Assembly (NCBI GenBank): GCA_964579125.1
Contig: CAZOFG010000002.1
Coordinates: 4,891-68,890 of the forward strand
DNA from: an uncultured Halobacteriales archaeon
GTDB taxonomy: Archaea > Halobacteriota > Halobacteria > Halobacteriales > SKSH01
Length of the DNA stretch: 64,000 nucleotides
Reading direction: 5' to 3'
Positions 8,796 to 16,918 of this stretch are shown here, piece after piece. Positions within the stretch are counted from its first letter, which is position 1. Every line of letters starts with the position of its first letter. The notes under the pieces are model-generated. The model did no database searches. It saw only the letters and a list, made by a program, of their open reading frames with translations, and was not told the origin of the DNA. A program made the translations under genes and the position numbers.

Positions 8796-9755
8796 TTATT
8801 GGGCGTGTTGGAGGGTCGGCACGGGAATTTCCTCGAGAACCCGGTCGACCAACTCGTGTGGATCGACGTTGTCCACCTTCGCGTCCGGCGTGAGTATCAG
8901 GCGGTGGCCGAGTACGGGTTTCGCCACCCACCGGACGTCATCAGGCGTCACGTAATCCCGACCGACCAGCACGGCCCGGGCTCGTGCCGCCTCGAAGAGG
9001 CGCTGGGTGCCCCGCGGCGAGACGCCGATGCGGACGGCCGGCTGTTCGCGCGTGGCCTGGGCGATGGCGGCGATATAATCGAGGATATCCTCGTCGACGT
9101 GTACCTCCTCCGGCGTCAACCGAAGATCAGTGACAGCTTCGGGATCCAAAATCGGTTCGACAGTTGGCGTCTGCTCGGTGCGGGCGGCCCGGCGGCGCAA
9201 CAGGGTCGTCTCCCCTTCGAGGTCCGGATAGCCCATGCTCGCTTTGACCATGAAGCGATCGAGTTGCGCCTCCGGAAGCGGGAAAGTCCCCTCTTGTTCA
9301 ACCGGGTTCTGCGTAGCGATCACGAAAAACGGTGAGGGCAACGAGAAGGTCTCGCCATCGGCGGTGACCTGTCCTTCCTCCATCGCTTCCAACAATGCGG
9401 CTTGGGACTTGGGTGGGGCTCGGTTGATCTCGTCCGCGAGGACCACATTCCCGAAGATCGGCCCCTCCGAGAATTCGAATTCACCTGTGTTTTCGTTATA
9501 GACGTGCGTGCCGGTCACGTCCGTTGGCAACAGGTCCGGGGTGAACTGAATGCGACTGAACTCAAGGCCGAGTGTGGTCGCTAGTGTCCGTGCCGTGAGC
9601 GTCTTGCCAGTGCCGGGGACGTCTTCGACTAAGACGTGCCCCCGCGCCAACATTCCCGTCGCAATCGTCTCGAGGAATTCCCGGTCGGCGATGACCGCTT
9701 CGCCGAGGGCGTCGAGAACGTCGTCTATCGCGTCTGAAGCCGCCTCGATCTCCAT
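8796..9755 (-). CDS. MoxR-family AAA+ ATPase
   Basis: 319 aa. Walker A VPGTGKT, Walker B VLADEINR, and FFVIATQNP..EGTFPLPEAQLDRF typical of MoxR/AAA_3. TATA-like CTAAAAAC about 27 nt upstream. Confidence 0.9.
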   Translation of the reverse strand: MEIEAASDAIDDVLDALGEAVIADREFLETIATGMLARGHVLVEDVPGTGKTLTARTLATTLGLEFSRIQFTPDLLPTDVTGTHVYNENTGEFEFSEGPIFGNVVLADEINRAPPKSQAALLEAMEEGQVTADGETFSLPSPFFVIATQNPVEQEGTFPLPEAQLDRFMVKASMGYPDLEGETTLLRRRAARTEQTPTVEPILDPEAVTDLRLTPEEVHVDEDILDYIAAIAQATREQPAVRIGVSPRGTQRLFEAARARAVLVGRDYVTPDDVRWVAKPVLGHRLILTPDAKVDNVDPHELVDRVLEEIPVPTLQHAQ

Positions 9756-9869
9756 ACTGCTCGGAAGGGCAGAGCCGGTTTTTAGTGTGCCGGTTCCTAC
9801 GACCTCGGTTTTAGTTAAGCGAGGGAAGCGAAATTCATAACAGCGTGTCCCGGCCTATCCTCCGTCCAA

Positions 9870-9954
9870 GCCGAGGTAGCCTAGCTCGGCCAAGGCGGTT
9901 GCCTCGAGAGCAACTGTCCGCAAGGACTCGTGAGTTCAAATCTCACCCTCGGCG
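9870..9954 (+). tRNA. tRNA-Ser (anticodon CGA)
   Basis: Acceptor GCCGAGG/CCTCGGC. Anticodon stem GTTGC/GCAAC with loop CTCGAGA. Long variable arm. T arm GTGAG-TTCAAAT-CTCAC. 85 nt. Confidence 0.9.
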
Positions 9955-9959
9955 CTTGC

Positions 9960-9964
9960 TTTTT
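9960..9964 (+). terminator. oligo-T tract after tRNA-Ser
   Basis: T5 beginning 6 nt after the discriminator base. Confidence 0.35.
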
Positions 9965-10314
9965 CATTCGGAGAGCACGACGCGATCACCGACCGACACG
10001 TCCTCACCGACCTCGGCGGGCACCTCGATGATCCGATCGCCGCCACCCCAGCCGATATCGAACCAACTGCGAAACCGCGCCGTCGTCGTGACGGTCGTCT
10101 CATCGAGCCAAATGACGCGGATCGGAAACGGGACGAACAGGTTGTGCACCACGTGGCGATCGCTGGATTCGAGGTTGAACACCATTGCGTGACCGGCGGG
10201 CAACGACCGCCGAAACATCAACCCCCGAGCCCGTTGCAAGGTCGTTTCCGCAATCGACACCTGATCGGCCAGGACGGTCGAGGGGCCATCAGGTGGGAGA
10301 TGGCGCACTTCCAT
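9964..10314 (-). CDS. DUF192 domain-containing protein
   Basis: RARGLMFRRSLPAGHAMVF...PIRVIWLD pattern. Start set at ATG 10312-10314, 27 nt from a TATA element. The track ORF extends to 10425. Confidence 0.7.
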   Translation of the reverse strand: MEVRHLPPDGPSTVLADQVSIAETTLQRARGLMFRRSLPAGHAMVFNLESSDRHVVHNLFVPFPIRVIWLDETTVTTTARFRSWFDIGWGGGDRIIEVPAEVGEDVSVGDRVVLSE

Positions 10315-10337
10315 GGCGATACCCGCTTGGCGGAACC

Positions 10338-10345
10338 GATAAATC
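10338..10345. promoter_or_regulatory. shared TATA box for divergent leaderless genes
   Basis: GATAAATC (ATTTAT on the other strand). 27 nt from ATG 10314 (minus) and 31 nt from ATG 10373 (plus). Confidence 0.35.
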
Positions 10346-10372
10346 GCACGCCTCGCAAGCCACCGCTGGGCG

Positions 10373-10885
10373 ATGAAAGAGACGCCGAACGGCACCGGTG
10401 TGGGGGTCGACGATCCGTTCTCCATGGTCGATCGTTGCGATTGGGTGACCGACGACGGACGGTGTCGGTTCGCACTCGAGCGGCCTGAGGCCGACCAGCC
10501 GTTTGCGCAAGCACGCCGGACTGAGGACTACGCGTGTCCGTTCGCGACCGAGGGCGCGTGGAAGGAGTGCGATCACTTCCGTTCGCGGGCCAGTGGTCGT
10601 CGGTGTGTACGGTGTGGGCTCCCTGAACGTCGGCGTGCCCATGACGAGGACAGCAGGCCATTGTTGCACGAGCATCATCTCTCGTACGAACACGCGGATG
10701 AGACGGAGATCACCGTGCTCGTCTGTCGGTGGTGTCATGCGAAAATTCACCGCAGCGGTGCCCGCCTCGATGACGAAGTCGATCCGGATCCGGACGCTCT
10801 CGAGACGCTAACTAAGCGTCGACAACGAGAGGCCGAAGAGGCGTCCTTCGAAACGGCCGCGAACCGGTATCTCGATGAGGATTAA
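10373..10885 (+). CDS. HNH-type zinc-binding nuclease-like protein
   Basis: 170 aa. Several Cys pairs (CVRCG, CRWCHAKIH) and HEHHLSYEH...VLVCRWCHAKIH resemble the HNH signature. Confidence 0.6.
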   Translation: MKETPNGTGVGVDDPFSMVDRCDWVTDDGRCRFALERPEADQPFAQARRTEDYACPFATEGAWKECDHFRSRASGRRCVRCGLPERRRAHDEDSRPLLHEHHLSYEHADETEITVLVCRWCHAKIHRSGARLDDEVDPDPDALETLTKRRQREAEEASFETAANRYLDED

Positions 10886-11079
10886 TCGATGATGTCCTTG
10901 ATCTGTTTCGGCTCGCCGCTGAGGGCCGGATCGGCTTCGATCAGTTGGAGCACCTCGTGATCTGTGACGCTCGGAAACGGTTTCCCGGTGGCCTCCTCAA
11001 TGAGGGCTTTCTCGAGGCGGAATTCGATTCCCTCATAGACGACATCCGCACCCGTCTCGTCGAAGGCGACCGACGTCAT
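10882..11079 (-). CDS. small acidic hypothetical protein
   Basis: 65 aa with halophile-type composition. TATA-like TTAATAT about 32 nt upstream. Stop overlaps the stop region of the convergent gene. Confidence 0.5.
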   Translation of the reverse strand: MTSVAFDETGADVVYEGIEFRLEKALIEEATGKPFPSVTDHEVLQLIEADPALSGEPKQIKDIID

Positions 11080-11185
11080 GATTCGGTACTATCGAATCGG
11101 GGCTCCGGATATTAATGTGCACCGTCCCGATGTCGGCAGCCACCGTGGAAATTTGCGTCAGACCTCCGTCAGACACCTCGTGAGC

Positions 11186-11194
11186 GTTTATTAC
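11186..11194 (+). promoter_or_regulatory. TATA box of the bactofilin-like gene
   Basis: GTTTATTAC centred 27 nt upstream of GTG 11217. Confidence 0.35.
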
Positions 11195-11216
11195 GCCGGC
11201 CACCGTTTCCCCAGCT

Positions 11217-12083
11217 GTGTCGAGCGAGCAACGGACGCTTGATGAGCTGGTGATCCCGCCTGGGACCACCGCTGAGGAGCATGCGATCGCCACCGACGCC
11301 GACGTGTTCATCGCTGGCCGCAGCGAGATCGACTTCGCAGTTCGCGGTGAAAGCGTCTTGGCCGGAGAAGGCGTCTCTATCGGTGGTGATGTCGAAGCGG
11401 ACGGGGACTGTCGCCTCGGCATGTGGTCCGGCGTTGATGGCTCGGTCCTCGTCGGACGGGATGCCTATTTGGGGGAGCGTGCGGAGATCGACGGCAAGTT
11501 AGTCGTTGGTCGCGACCTCGATATCGGGGACGATGTCGATATCGCCGAAGGGTTCGAAGCGAACGGCTGGATCGTCATTCGCAACCCGATGCCGTTCGTG
11601 ATGTTTTTCATCGCATACGTGTCCCACGTCTTGCGTACCGGCGATGAGGAGGCCTTAGCCGCGCTCGAGGAGGCAGCGGAAGAAGCGGCCACCGAGACCC
11701 CGACGCTCACGGATGGGGCGCCGGCGTTGATCGTCCCCCGCGGCGCCACGATCTCCGACGATCGGTGGCAGGTCTCAACCCCGGCGACGATCGGAGCTGA
11801 CTGCCGGCTCAATGGGAACATCAAAGCCGCCGAAATCACCGTCGAGGAGCACACCACGGTCTATGGGAGTTTGCGCTCCGATGGTCCAGTCGACGTGGCC
11901 GAGGAGGCGGTCATCCATGGCGATATCGAGGCCCGCAGTGGGTCCGTCCGCCTTGCGCCTGGAGCCACGGTCAAAGGAGATGTCCGGGCCCACGACCTCG
12001 AATTGGCGCCAACGACCGTCGTCGAAGGCTCGATGCGAGCCCGTGGCGAGGTCGAGATTATCAATTCCGACGCCGAATCGTAA
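11217..12083 (+). CDS. polymer-forming cytoskeletal protein, double bactofilin-like (halofilin HalA-like)
   Basis: 288 aa. Two G/D/V-rich beta-helix-type repeat regions (e.g. GEGVSIGGDVEADGDCRLG; VHGDIEARSGSVRLAPGATVKGDV) separated by a hydrophobic segment WIVIRNPMPFVMFFIAYVSHVL. GTG start. Confidence 0.65.
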   Translation: MSSEQRTLDELVIPPGTTAEEHAIATDADVFIAGRSEIDFAVRGESVLAGEGVSIGGDVEADGDCRLGMWSGVDGSVLVGRDAYLGERAEIDGKLVVGRDLDIGDDVDIAEGFEANGWIVIRNPMPFVMFFIAYVSHVLRTGDEEALAALEEAAEEAATETPTLTDGAPALIVPRGATISDDRWQVSTPATIGADCRLNGNIKAAEITVEEHTTVYGSLRSDGPVDVAEEAVIHGDIEARSGSVRLAPGATVKGDVRAHDLELAPTTVVEGSMRARGEVEIINSDAES

Positions 12084-12116
12084 CGCAGTTGCCCCGACCC
12101 ACGAAACCAAAAGGCG

Positions 12117-13298
12117 ATGGTGACGGTTGCGTTGGCCGGCAAGCCTAATGCCGGAAAATCGACGTTTTTCGAGGCTGCCACGCGAGCGGAGGTCGAAGTC
12201 GGGAATTACCCATTTACGACGATCGACCCCAACCGTGGGGTGACCCATGTTCGGACCGAGTGTCCGTGTACGGAGCTCGATCGCGACTGCGATGCCGACA
12301 CCTGTCGCGGGGGAAAACGGTACGTGCCGGTCGAATTGCTCGACGTCGCCGGACTCGTTCCGGGTGCACATGAGGGTCGCGGCCTCGGCAATCAGTTTCT
12401 CGATGCGCTCACAAACGCCGATGTCATTCTCAATGTGGTCGATGCGGCTGGCGCGACGAATGCCGAGGGTGAGCCGGTCGAAATCGGCGAGCACGATCCA
12501 ACGGATGATGTGGGGTTCGTCGAGACCGAACTGGATCGATGGATTGCTGATATCGTGACGCGAAATTGGGAGGGCATCGAACGACAATCGCGCTCGCCCT
12601 CGTTCGATCTCGAGGAGGCCGTGCGTGAGACCTTCAGCGGGTTGGGGGCATCAAGGTCGGCCGTATCGGCGTGTCTTCGGGAACGTGACTATCCGGAAGA
12701 TCCGCTGGCGTGGTCGGATGACGATCGATTTGCCCTCGCAAAGGCCCTTCGACGCCGGACCAAGCCCATCGTCGTCGTCGCCAACAAAGCCGACGTGGCA
12801 CCGGATGACCTGCTCGAGGCCGTCCTCGAAGCTGGCAATCACGCCATTCCGGCGACGGCCGATGGTGAACTAGCACTGCGCCGAGCCGCCGATGCCGATA
12901 CCGTCGCCTACGACCCCGGAGATCTGGACTTCGAGATTATCGGTGACGTCTCAGCGTCACAACGCGAGGGTCTCGATCGGATCGCGGCGGTGATGGACCG
13001 CTTCGGGGGCACGGGTGTTCAGTCGACGCTCGATACGGCTGTGTATGATGTCCTCGATCGGGTAACCGTCTATCCCGTGCAAGACGCCGCCAACTGGGCC
13101 GATTCGACGGGCACGGTACTTCCCGACGCGCACCTCCTTCCACGAGGCTCGACTCCCCGAGATCTGGCGTATGCCATCCATTCGGACATCGGCGAGGGGT
13201 ATCTCCATGCGGTTGATGCTCGATCCGGTCGTGACGTGAGTGACGCCTACGAGCTCGAAGAAGGTGATGTCATCAAAGTCGTGTCAACAGCGACGTGA
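12117..13298 (+). CDS. ychF: YchF/OLA1-type P-loop NTPase with TGS domain
   Basis: GKPNAGKSTFF, NYPFTTIDPNRG, and a C-terminal TGS-like segment (LEEGDVIKVVS). 393 aa. Confidence 0.85.
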   Translation: MVTVALAGKPNAGKSTFFEAATRAEVEVGNYPFTTIDPNRGVTHVRTECPCTELDRDCDADTCRGGKRYVPVELLDVAGLVPGAHEGRGLGNQFLDALTNADVILNVVDAAGATNAEGEPVEIGEHDPTDDVGFVETELDRWIADIVTRNWEGIERQSRSPSFDLEEAVRETFSGLGASRSAVSACLRERDYPEDPLAWSDDDRFALAKALRRRTKPIVVVANKADVAPDDLLEAVLEAGNHAIPATADGELALRRAADADTVAYDPGDLDFEIIGDVSASQREGLDRIAAVMDRFGGTGVQSTLDTAVYDVLDRVTVYPVQDAANWADSTGTVLPDAHLLPRGSTPRDLAYAIHSDIGEGYLHAVDARSGRDVSDAYELEEGDVIKVVSTAT

Positions 13299-13313
13299 GT
13301 CGAAATAACGAGA

Positions 13314-13318
13314 TTTTT
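13314..13318 (+). terminator. oligo-T tract after ychF
   Basis: T5 beginning 16 nt after the TGA at 13296-13298. It could also serve as a T-rich promoter element for the next small ORF. Confidence 0.3.
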
Positions 13319-13343
13319 GCCGACCTTGCGCGAAACGTGAGAC

Positions 13344-13499
13344 ATGCTTGACGACGCTTTAGAAGTCGTTCTCGATGCCCTCGGGTACGGCTTCGATGGC
13401 CAGGCGGAGGATCGGTCACTCCGGATGAAGATCCTCCTGTTCATTGGCTTTTTCCTCGTCTTGATCGGGGCCTTCGTCACCTTCGAGTACCTCGGATAA
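13344..13499 (+). CDS. 51-aa small membrane protein (candidate)
   Basis: MLDDALEVVLDALGYGFDGQAEDRSLRMKILLFIGFFLVLIGAFVTFEYLG. Acidic head plus one TM helix. GC-rich third codon positions. Below the 60-aa track cut-off. The opposite-strand 77-aa ORF looks like a shadow. Confidence 0.4.
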   Translation: MLDDALEVVLDALGYGFDGQAEDRSLRMKILLFIGFFLVLIGAFVTFEYLG

Positions 13500-13511
13500 T
13501 CGGTCGGATCC

Positions 13512-14360
13512 TTACGGGAGTTCGAACCACGTTACGCCGATCAACACGGCGAAAAAGAGGTACGATCCCCGGATGAGCAACATGGTCTGGATGCGTGGGT
13601 CGCGGCGCCATGCGATCGCCGCCACGGGGGCGAAGGCGATCACACTCAGCACACTTCCGCGGGGGAGGTAGCCGGCACCGGCGAAACCGAGGACGCCGAT
13701 CATCGCACTGCCCATCAACACCCTGGCGAGGTAGTTCGCCTGCGAAATACCGAGGCTCACTCCGACCGTTTGCTTTCCGTGTCTGCGATCCCAGTCGTAA
13801 TCTTGGAGATCATCGACGATTTTGATCCCCGAGAGGAGCACGACCAACACACTTGACAGGGCGAGGGTCTCCACGGTGAGGGCCAACCCCTGCGCGGCAT
13901 GGCCACCGAGGACGGCCAGCCCGATCCCGACGGGATATCCGAGAGTCGTCGTCACCGGATTGGTATCGAGATAGGGGGCGTGGAGGTAGCCAATCGCCCA
14001 CGTCGGTGCCGTCAGCATGACCGCTAGGGGGCCGGCTACCGCGTACAGACCGACCAGACAGGCACCGAAGGCTGTAGCGGTGATCCAGATCCCGGCCCGA
14101 AACGCGGCGGCGGAAAGCTCGGTTGAGTCGTCTTCGCCGCGAAGATAGAAATCGACGTACCCATCCTTGAGATGTGCCGTATAGACGGCGAGACCAATCG
14201 CGAGAACGTGGATTCCAGCATTGAGGGGAGCGACGATATCCGCGAGGATCGCGCCAAAACCGGTTGCCGCGATCGGTGGGAGCATGAAGACCGGATGGAT
14301 CTGGGCGACGTATCCCCGAACGAGTGTGGGATGATCATGCTCCCTGTGACCATCACCCAT
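13512..14360 (-). CDS. UbiA-family prenyltransferase
   Basis: 282 aa from ATG 14358-14360, polytopic. KIVDDLQDYDWDRRHGKQT matches the second Asp-rich UbiA motif. The track ORF is over-extended to 14537. Confidence 0.8.
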   Translation of the reverse strand: MGDGHREHDHPTLVRGYVAQIHPVFMLPPIAATGFGAILADIVAPLNAGIHVLAIGLAVYTAHLKDGYVDFYLRGEDDSTELSAAAFRAGIWITATAFGACLVGLYAVAGPLAVMLTAPTWAIGYLHAPYLDTNPVTTTLGYPVGIGLAVLGGHAAQGLALTVETLALSSVLVVLLSGIKIVDDLQDYDWDRRHGKQTVGVSLGISQANYLARVLMGSAMIGVLGFAGAGYLPRGSVLSVIAFAPVAAIAWRRDPRIQTMLLIRGSYLFFAVLIGVTWFELP

Positions 14361-14406
14361 ACGATAGCTGGGGCGCCCAGACGGATAAATGCGAACGCCG
14401 ACTTCC

Positions 14407-14667
14407 CTAGTCCGGGAGGTACGCGATCCCGTCAGGGTGGGTCCCTGCCGGAAGTCGCTCGATTTCCCGTCGTGCGGAAACGTCGATGACGGAGACGTCG
14501 TTGGACTTGTTATTGGCCACGTAGGCCGTTTCACCATCCGGGCCGACGATCACTTCGTGCGGGTTGAATGCCGTCTCGATGTGTTCCCGTTGGGCTCCGG
14601 TTTCAATGTCGATGATCGACATCGTGTCATCGTCTTTGTTCAAGACGACGAGTCGATCAGATCCCAT
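14407..14667 (-). pseudogene. two-blade YVTN-type beta-propeller fragment (probable gene remnant)
   Basis: 86 aa. It carries ETAYVANNKSNDVSVIDV and THPDGIAYLPD, and a TAG falls where the G of the PDG motif is expected. It begins and ends in mid-repeat. Confidence 0.4.
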
Positions 14668-14711
14668 GCGTGGTGCTGAAGGCGGGGTGGGACAACAAAA
14701 TCGGTGTGGGG

Positions 14712-15839
14712 TTAGGGAGTTTGTAACTCAGCGGTCACGTCGGCCATTGCGTCCAACGCGGACCGAATCGAGGCTTCGTCCGCAGCGTAGGAGATTCGGG
14801 CGTGTCCCTTTCCTCCCGCCCCAAATGCCTCACCCGGAACCACGACGACGTCACGTTCGAGTAGTGCTTCGACCCAGCCATCCGGGACGGCTGGCATTGC
14901 GTAGAAGGCACCGGACGGTGTGGCAACCTCGAGGCCGATATCCGCAAGCCCGTCGAGTAATACGTCACGACGGTGTTCGAAGGTCGAAACCATCTCATCG
15001 ACGACGCCTTGGGGGCCAGTTAGGGCGGCGGTGGCGGCATGTTGCGCGGGGGCGCTAGCACAGGCTTGAATGAACTGGTGGACGCGTAACATCCGATCAA
15101 TTCGTTCTTCGCTTGCGACGACCCAGCCGAGGCGCCAGCCAGTCATTGAGTACGTCTTCGAACAGGCGTTGACGAGGATGACGTTGTCAGATTCGGCGAA
15201 TTCGTACGGGCTCACATGCTCCCCATCGTAAATGATGTGCTCGTACACTTCGTCGGAGATGCAAATGACGTCCTCGTCGTCGGCGATTTCGGCGAACGCT
15301 CGCATATCCGCTGGAGATTGGACCGCCCCCGTGGGATTAGCGGGGCTGTTGACGATGAAGGCAGCCGTGTCGTCGGTAATCGCCTCGCGGACGGTGGCCG
15401 GATCCATTGTTAAATCCTCTCGCAATTCGACCGGGATTGGCCGTCCCCCGGCGATGTGTGTCAGAGCTCCGTAAGAGACGAATCCGGGGTCAGGGAAGAT
15501 GACTTCCTCGCCCGGATCCACATGGGCTTCGAGGGCGAGATGCAGTGCCTCCGAGCCGCCCGCGGTTGCGATGACACTCCCTTCGGGAAGGGCGAGGTCG
15601 TTATCGCGAGCGTGTTTGTTCCGAATCGCCTCTCGGAGGTCTGGAATTCCTCGGTTGGCGGTATAGCCATCCGCAGCCCCGGATTCGATCGCCTCCGTCG
15701 CGGCGGCATGAACGTGGTCAGGCGCCGGAAAATCGGGCTGGCCGAGGCCGAGGTTGATGGCGTCAGCGCCGGCGGCCTCGAAGACCTCGCGGATACCGCT
15801 CGGTTCGATCCGATTGACCCGTGTGGAGAAGGGGGCCAT
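14712..15839 (-). CDS. class I/II pyridoxal-phosphate-dependent aminotransferase (aspartate aminotransferase-like)
   Basis: 375 aa. NACSKTYSMTGWRLGW contains the PLP-lysine motif. Overall AAT-like pattern. Confidence 0.9.
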   Translation of the reverse strand: MAPFSTRVNRIEPSGIREVFEAAGADAINLGLGQPDFPAPDHVHAAATEAIESGAADGYTANRGIPDLREAIRNKHARDNDLALPEGSVIATAGGSEALHLALEAHVDPGEEVIFPDPGFVSYGALTHIAGGRPIPVELREDLTMDPATVREAITDDTAAFIVNSPANPTGAVQSPADMRAFAEIADDEDVICISDEVYEHIIYDGEHVSPYEFAESDNVILVNACSKTYSMTGWRLGWVVASEERIDRMLRVHQFIQACASAPAQHAATAALTGPQGVVDEMVSTFEHRRDVLLDGLADIGLEVATPSGAFYAMPAVPDGWVEALLERDVVVVPGEAFGAGGKGHARISYAADEASIRSALDAMADVTAELQTP

Positions 15840-16009
15840 ACGACCGTATGCACCCCCGGCGCGACCAAGAACGTGGTGGTCTTCGGTACGATACCACTCC
15901 CTGCAACGTCGTATCGATCCGTGTTCATCAGCTCACCCGCACCGGTGGGTGGCCTTCCGTTGATGTTACGAACGCAATGCACATGTGATTCCTTCCCGAG
16001 AACCGTGTC

Positions 16010-16918
16010 ATGGATGCACTGGAGCGGTATCGCGACGTCATCCCGGACTTTTCTGCATTCAAGGATGCCTGCGAACGCCCGCTCCCCAATCGGGTTCGGG
16101 TCAACCGCTTGGCGGCAACTCCGGAGCGGGTTCGCGCGAGTTTCTCGGCGAGCGGAATCGACGCGACACCACTTGCCTGGAACGATGCGGTCCTCGAGGT
16201 AGACACAACCGACCCTGGCCGGACAATGCCGGCGTACCTCGGATGGGTCCATTCTCAGGATGCGGCATCGACACTGCCGGTAGCCCTCATGGATGTGGCT
16301 CCCGGAGATATCGTCTGGGACGCCTGTGCGGCTCCCGGAAGCAAAACGGGTCAACTCGCCGAAGCGCTGGATGACACTGGCCGTCTCCTCGCGACCGATG
16401 ACAACCTCGGCCGTCTCTCCTCCCTCCGCTTCAATACCGAACGACTGGGGGTAACATGTGCAATCGTCGATCATGCCGATGCTCGCCACGTGACGCCAGC
16501 TGCGTACGGCCTCGAAGCCTTTGATGCGGCCCTTACAGATGTCCCGTGCACTTGTGAGGGTATTTGTCGCAAACAGCCGAGGGTTTTGGACGATCTCGAC
16601 CCGACTCATCGAGACTCCCTCACGACCGTGCAAGCGGAGATCCTCGATCAAGCGGTTGCGAATACTACACCCGGCGGCGAGGTTATATACTCGACGTGCA
16701 CCTTTGCGCCGGAAGAGAACGAGGCGGTGGTTGACACCGTACTCCGCAACCGTGAGGTGCGGATCGAACCGATCGAACTGCCGATCGAAACGGCGCCTGG
16801 GTTGACCGCCTGGCAAGCCCAGTCGTTCCATCCTGATCTCGAACGAACCCGGCGGGTGTATCCTCATCTCAGTGACACGGGTGGGTTTTACTGTGCCAAA
16901 CTCCGGGTGGGCGCATGA
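16010..16918 (+). CDS. RsmB/RsmF (NOL1/NOP2/Sun) family RNA cytosine-C5 methyltransferase, catalytic domain
   Basis: DACAAPGSKTGQLA (SAM site), TDVPCTCEG and YSTCTFAPEENE (catalytic Cys motifs). 302 aa. Confidence 0.85.
   Translation: MDALERYRDVIPDFSAFKDACERPLPNRVRVNRLAATPERVRASFSASGIDATPLAWNDAVLEVDTTDPGRTMPAYLGWVHSQDAASTLPVALMDVAPGDIVWDACAAPGSKTGQLAEALDDTGRLLATDDNLGRLSSLRFNTERLGVTCAIVDHADARHVTPAAYGLEAFDAALTDVPCTCEGICRKQPRVLDDLDPTHRDSLTTVQAEILDQAVANTTPGGEVIYSTCTFAPEENEAVVDTVLRNREVRIEPIELPIETAPGLTAWQAQSFHPDLERTRRVYPHLSDTGGFYCAKLRVGA

Noticed and set aside
10373-10425. Overlapping divergent start codons at a CCATGG site, considered as genuine gene overlap.
   Set aside because: A shared TATA at 10338-10345 fits the shorter DUF192 start (10314) and the 10373 start. 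A 53-nt head-to-head coding overlap would leave no room for promoters.
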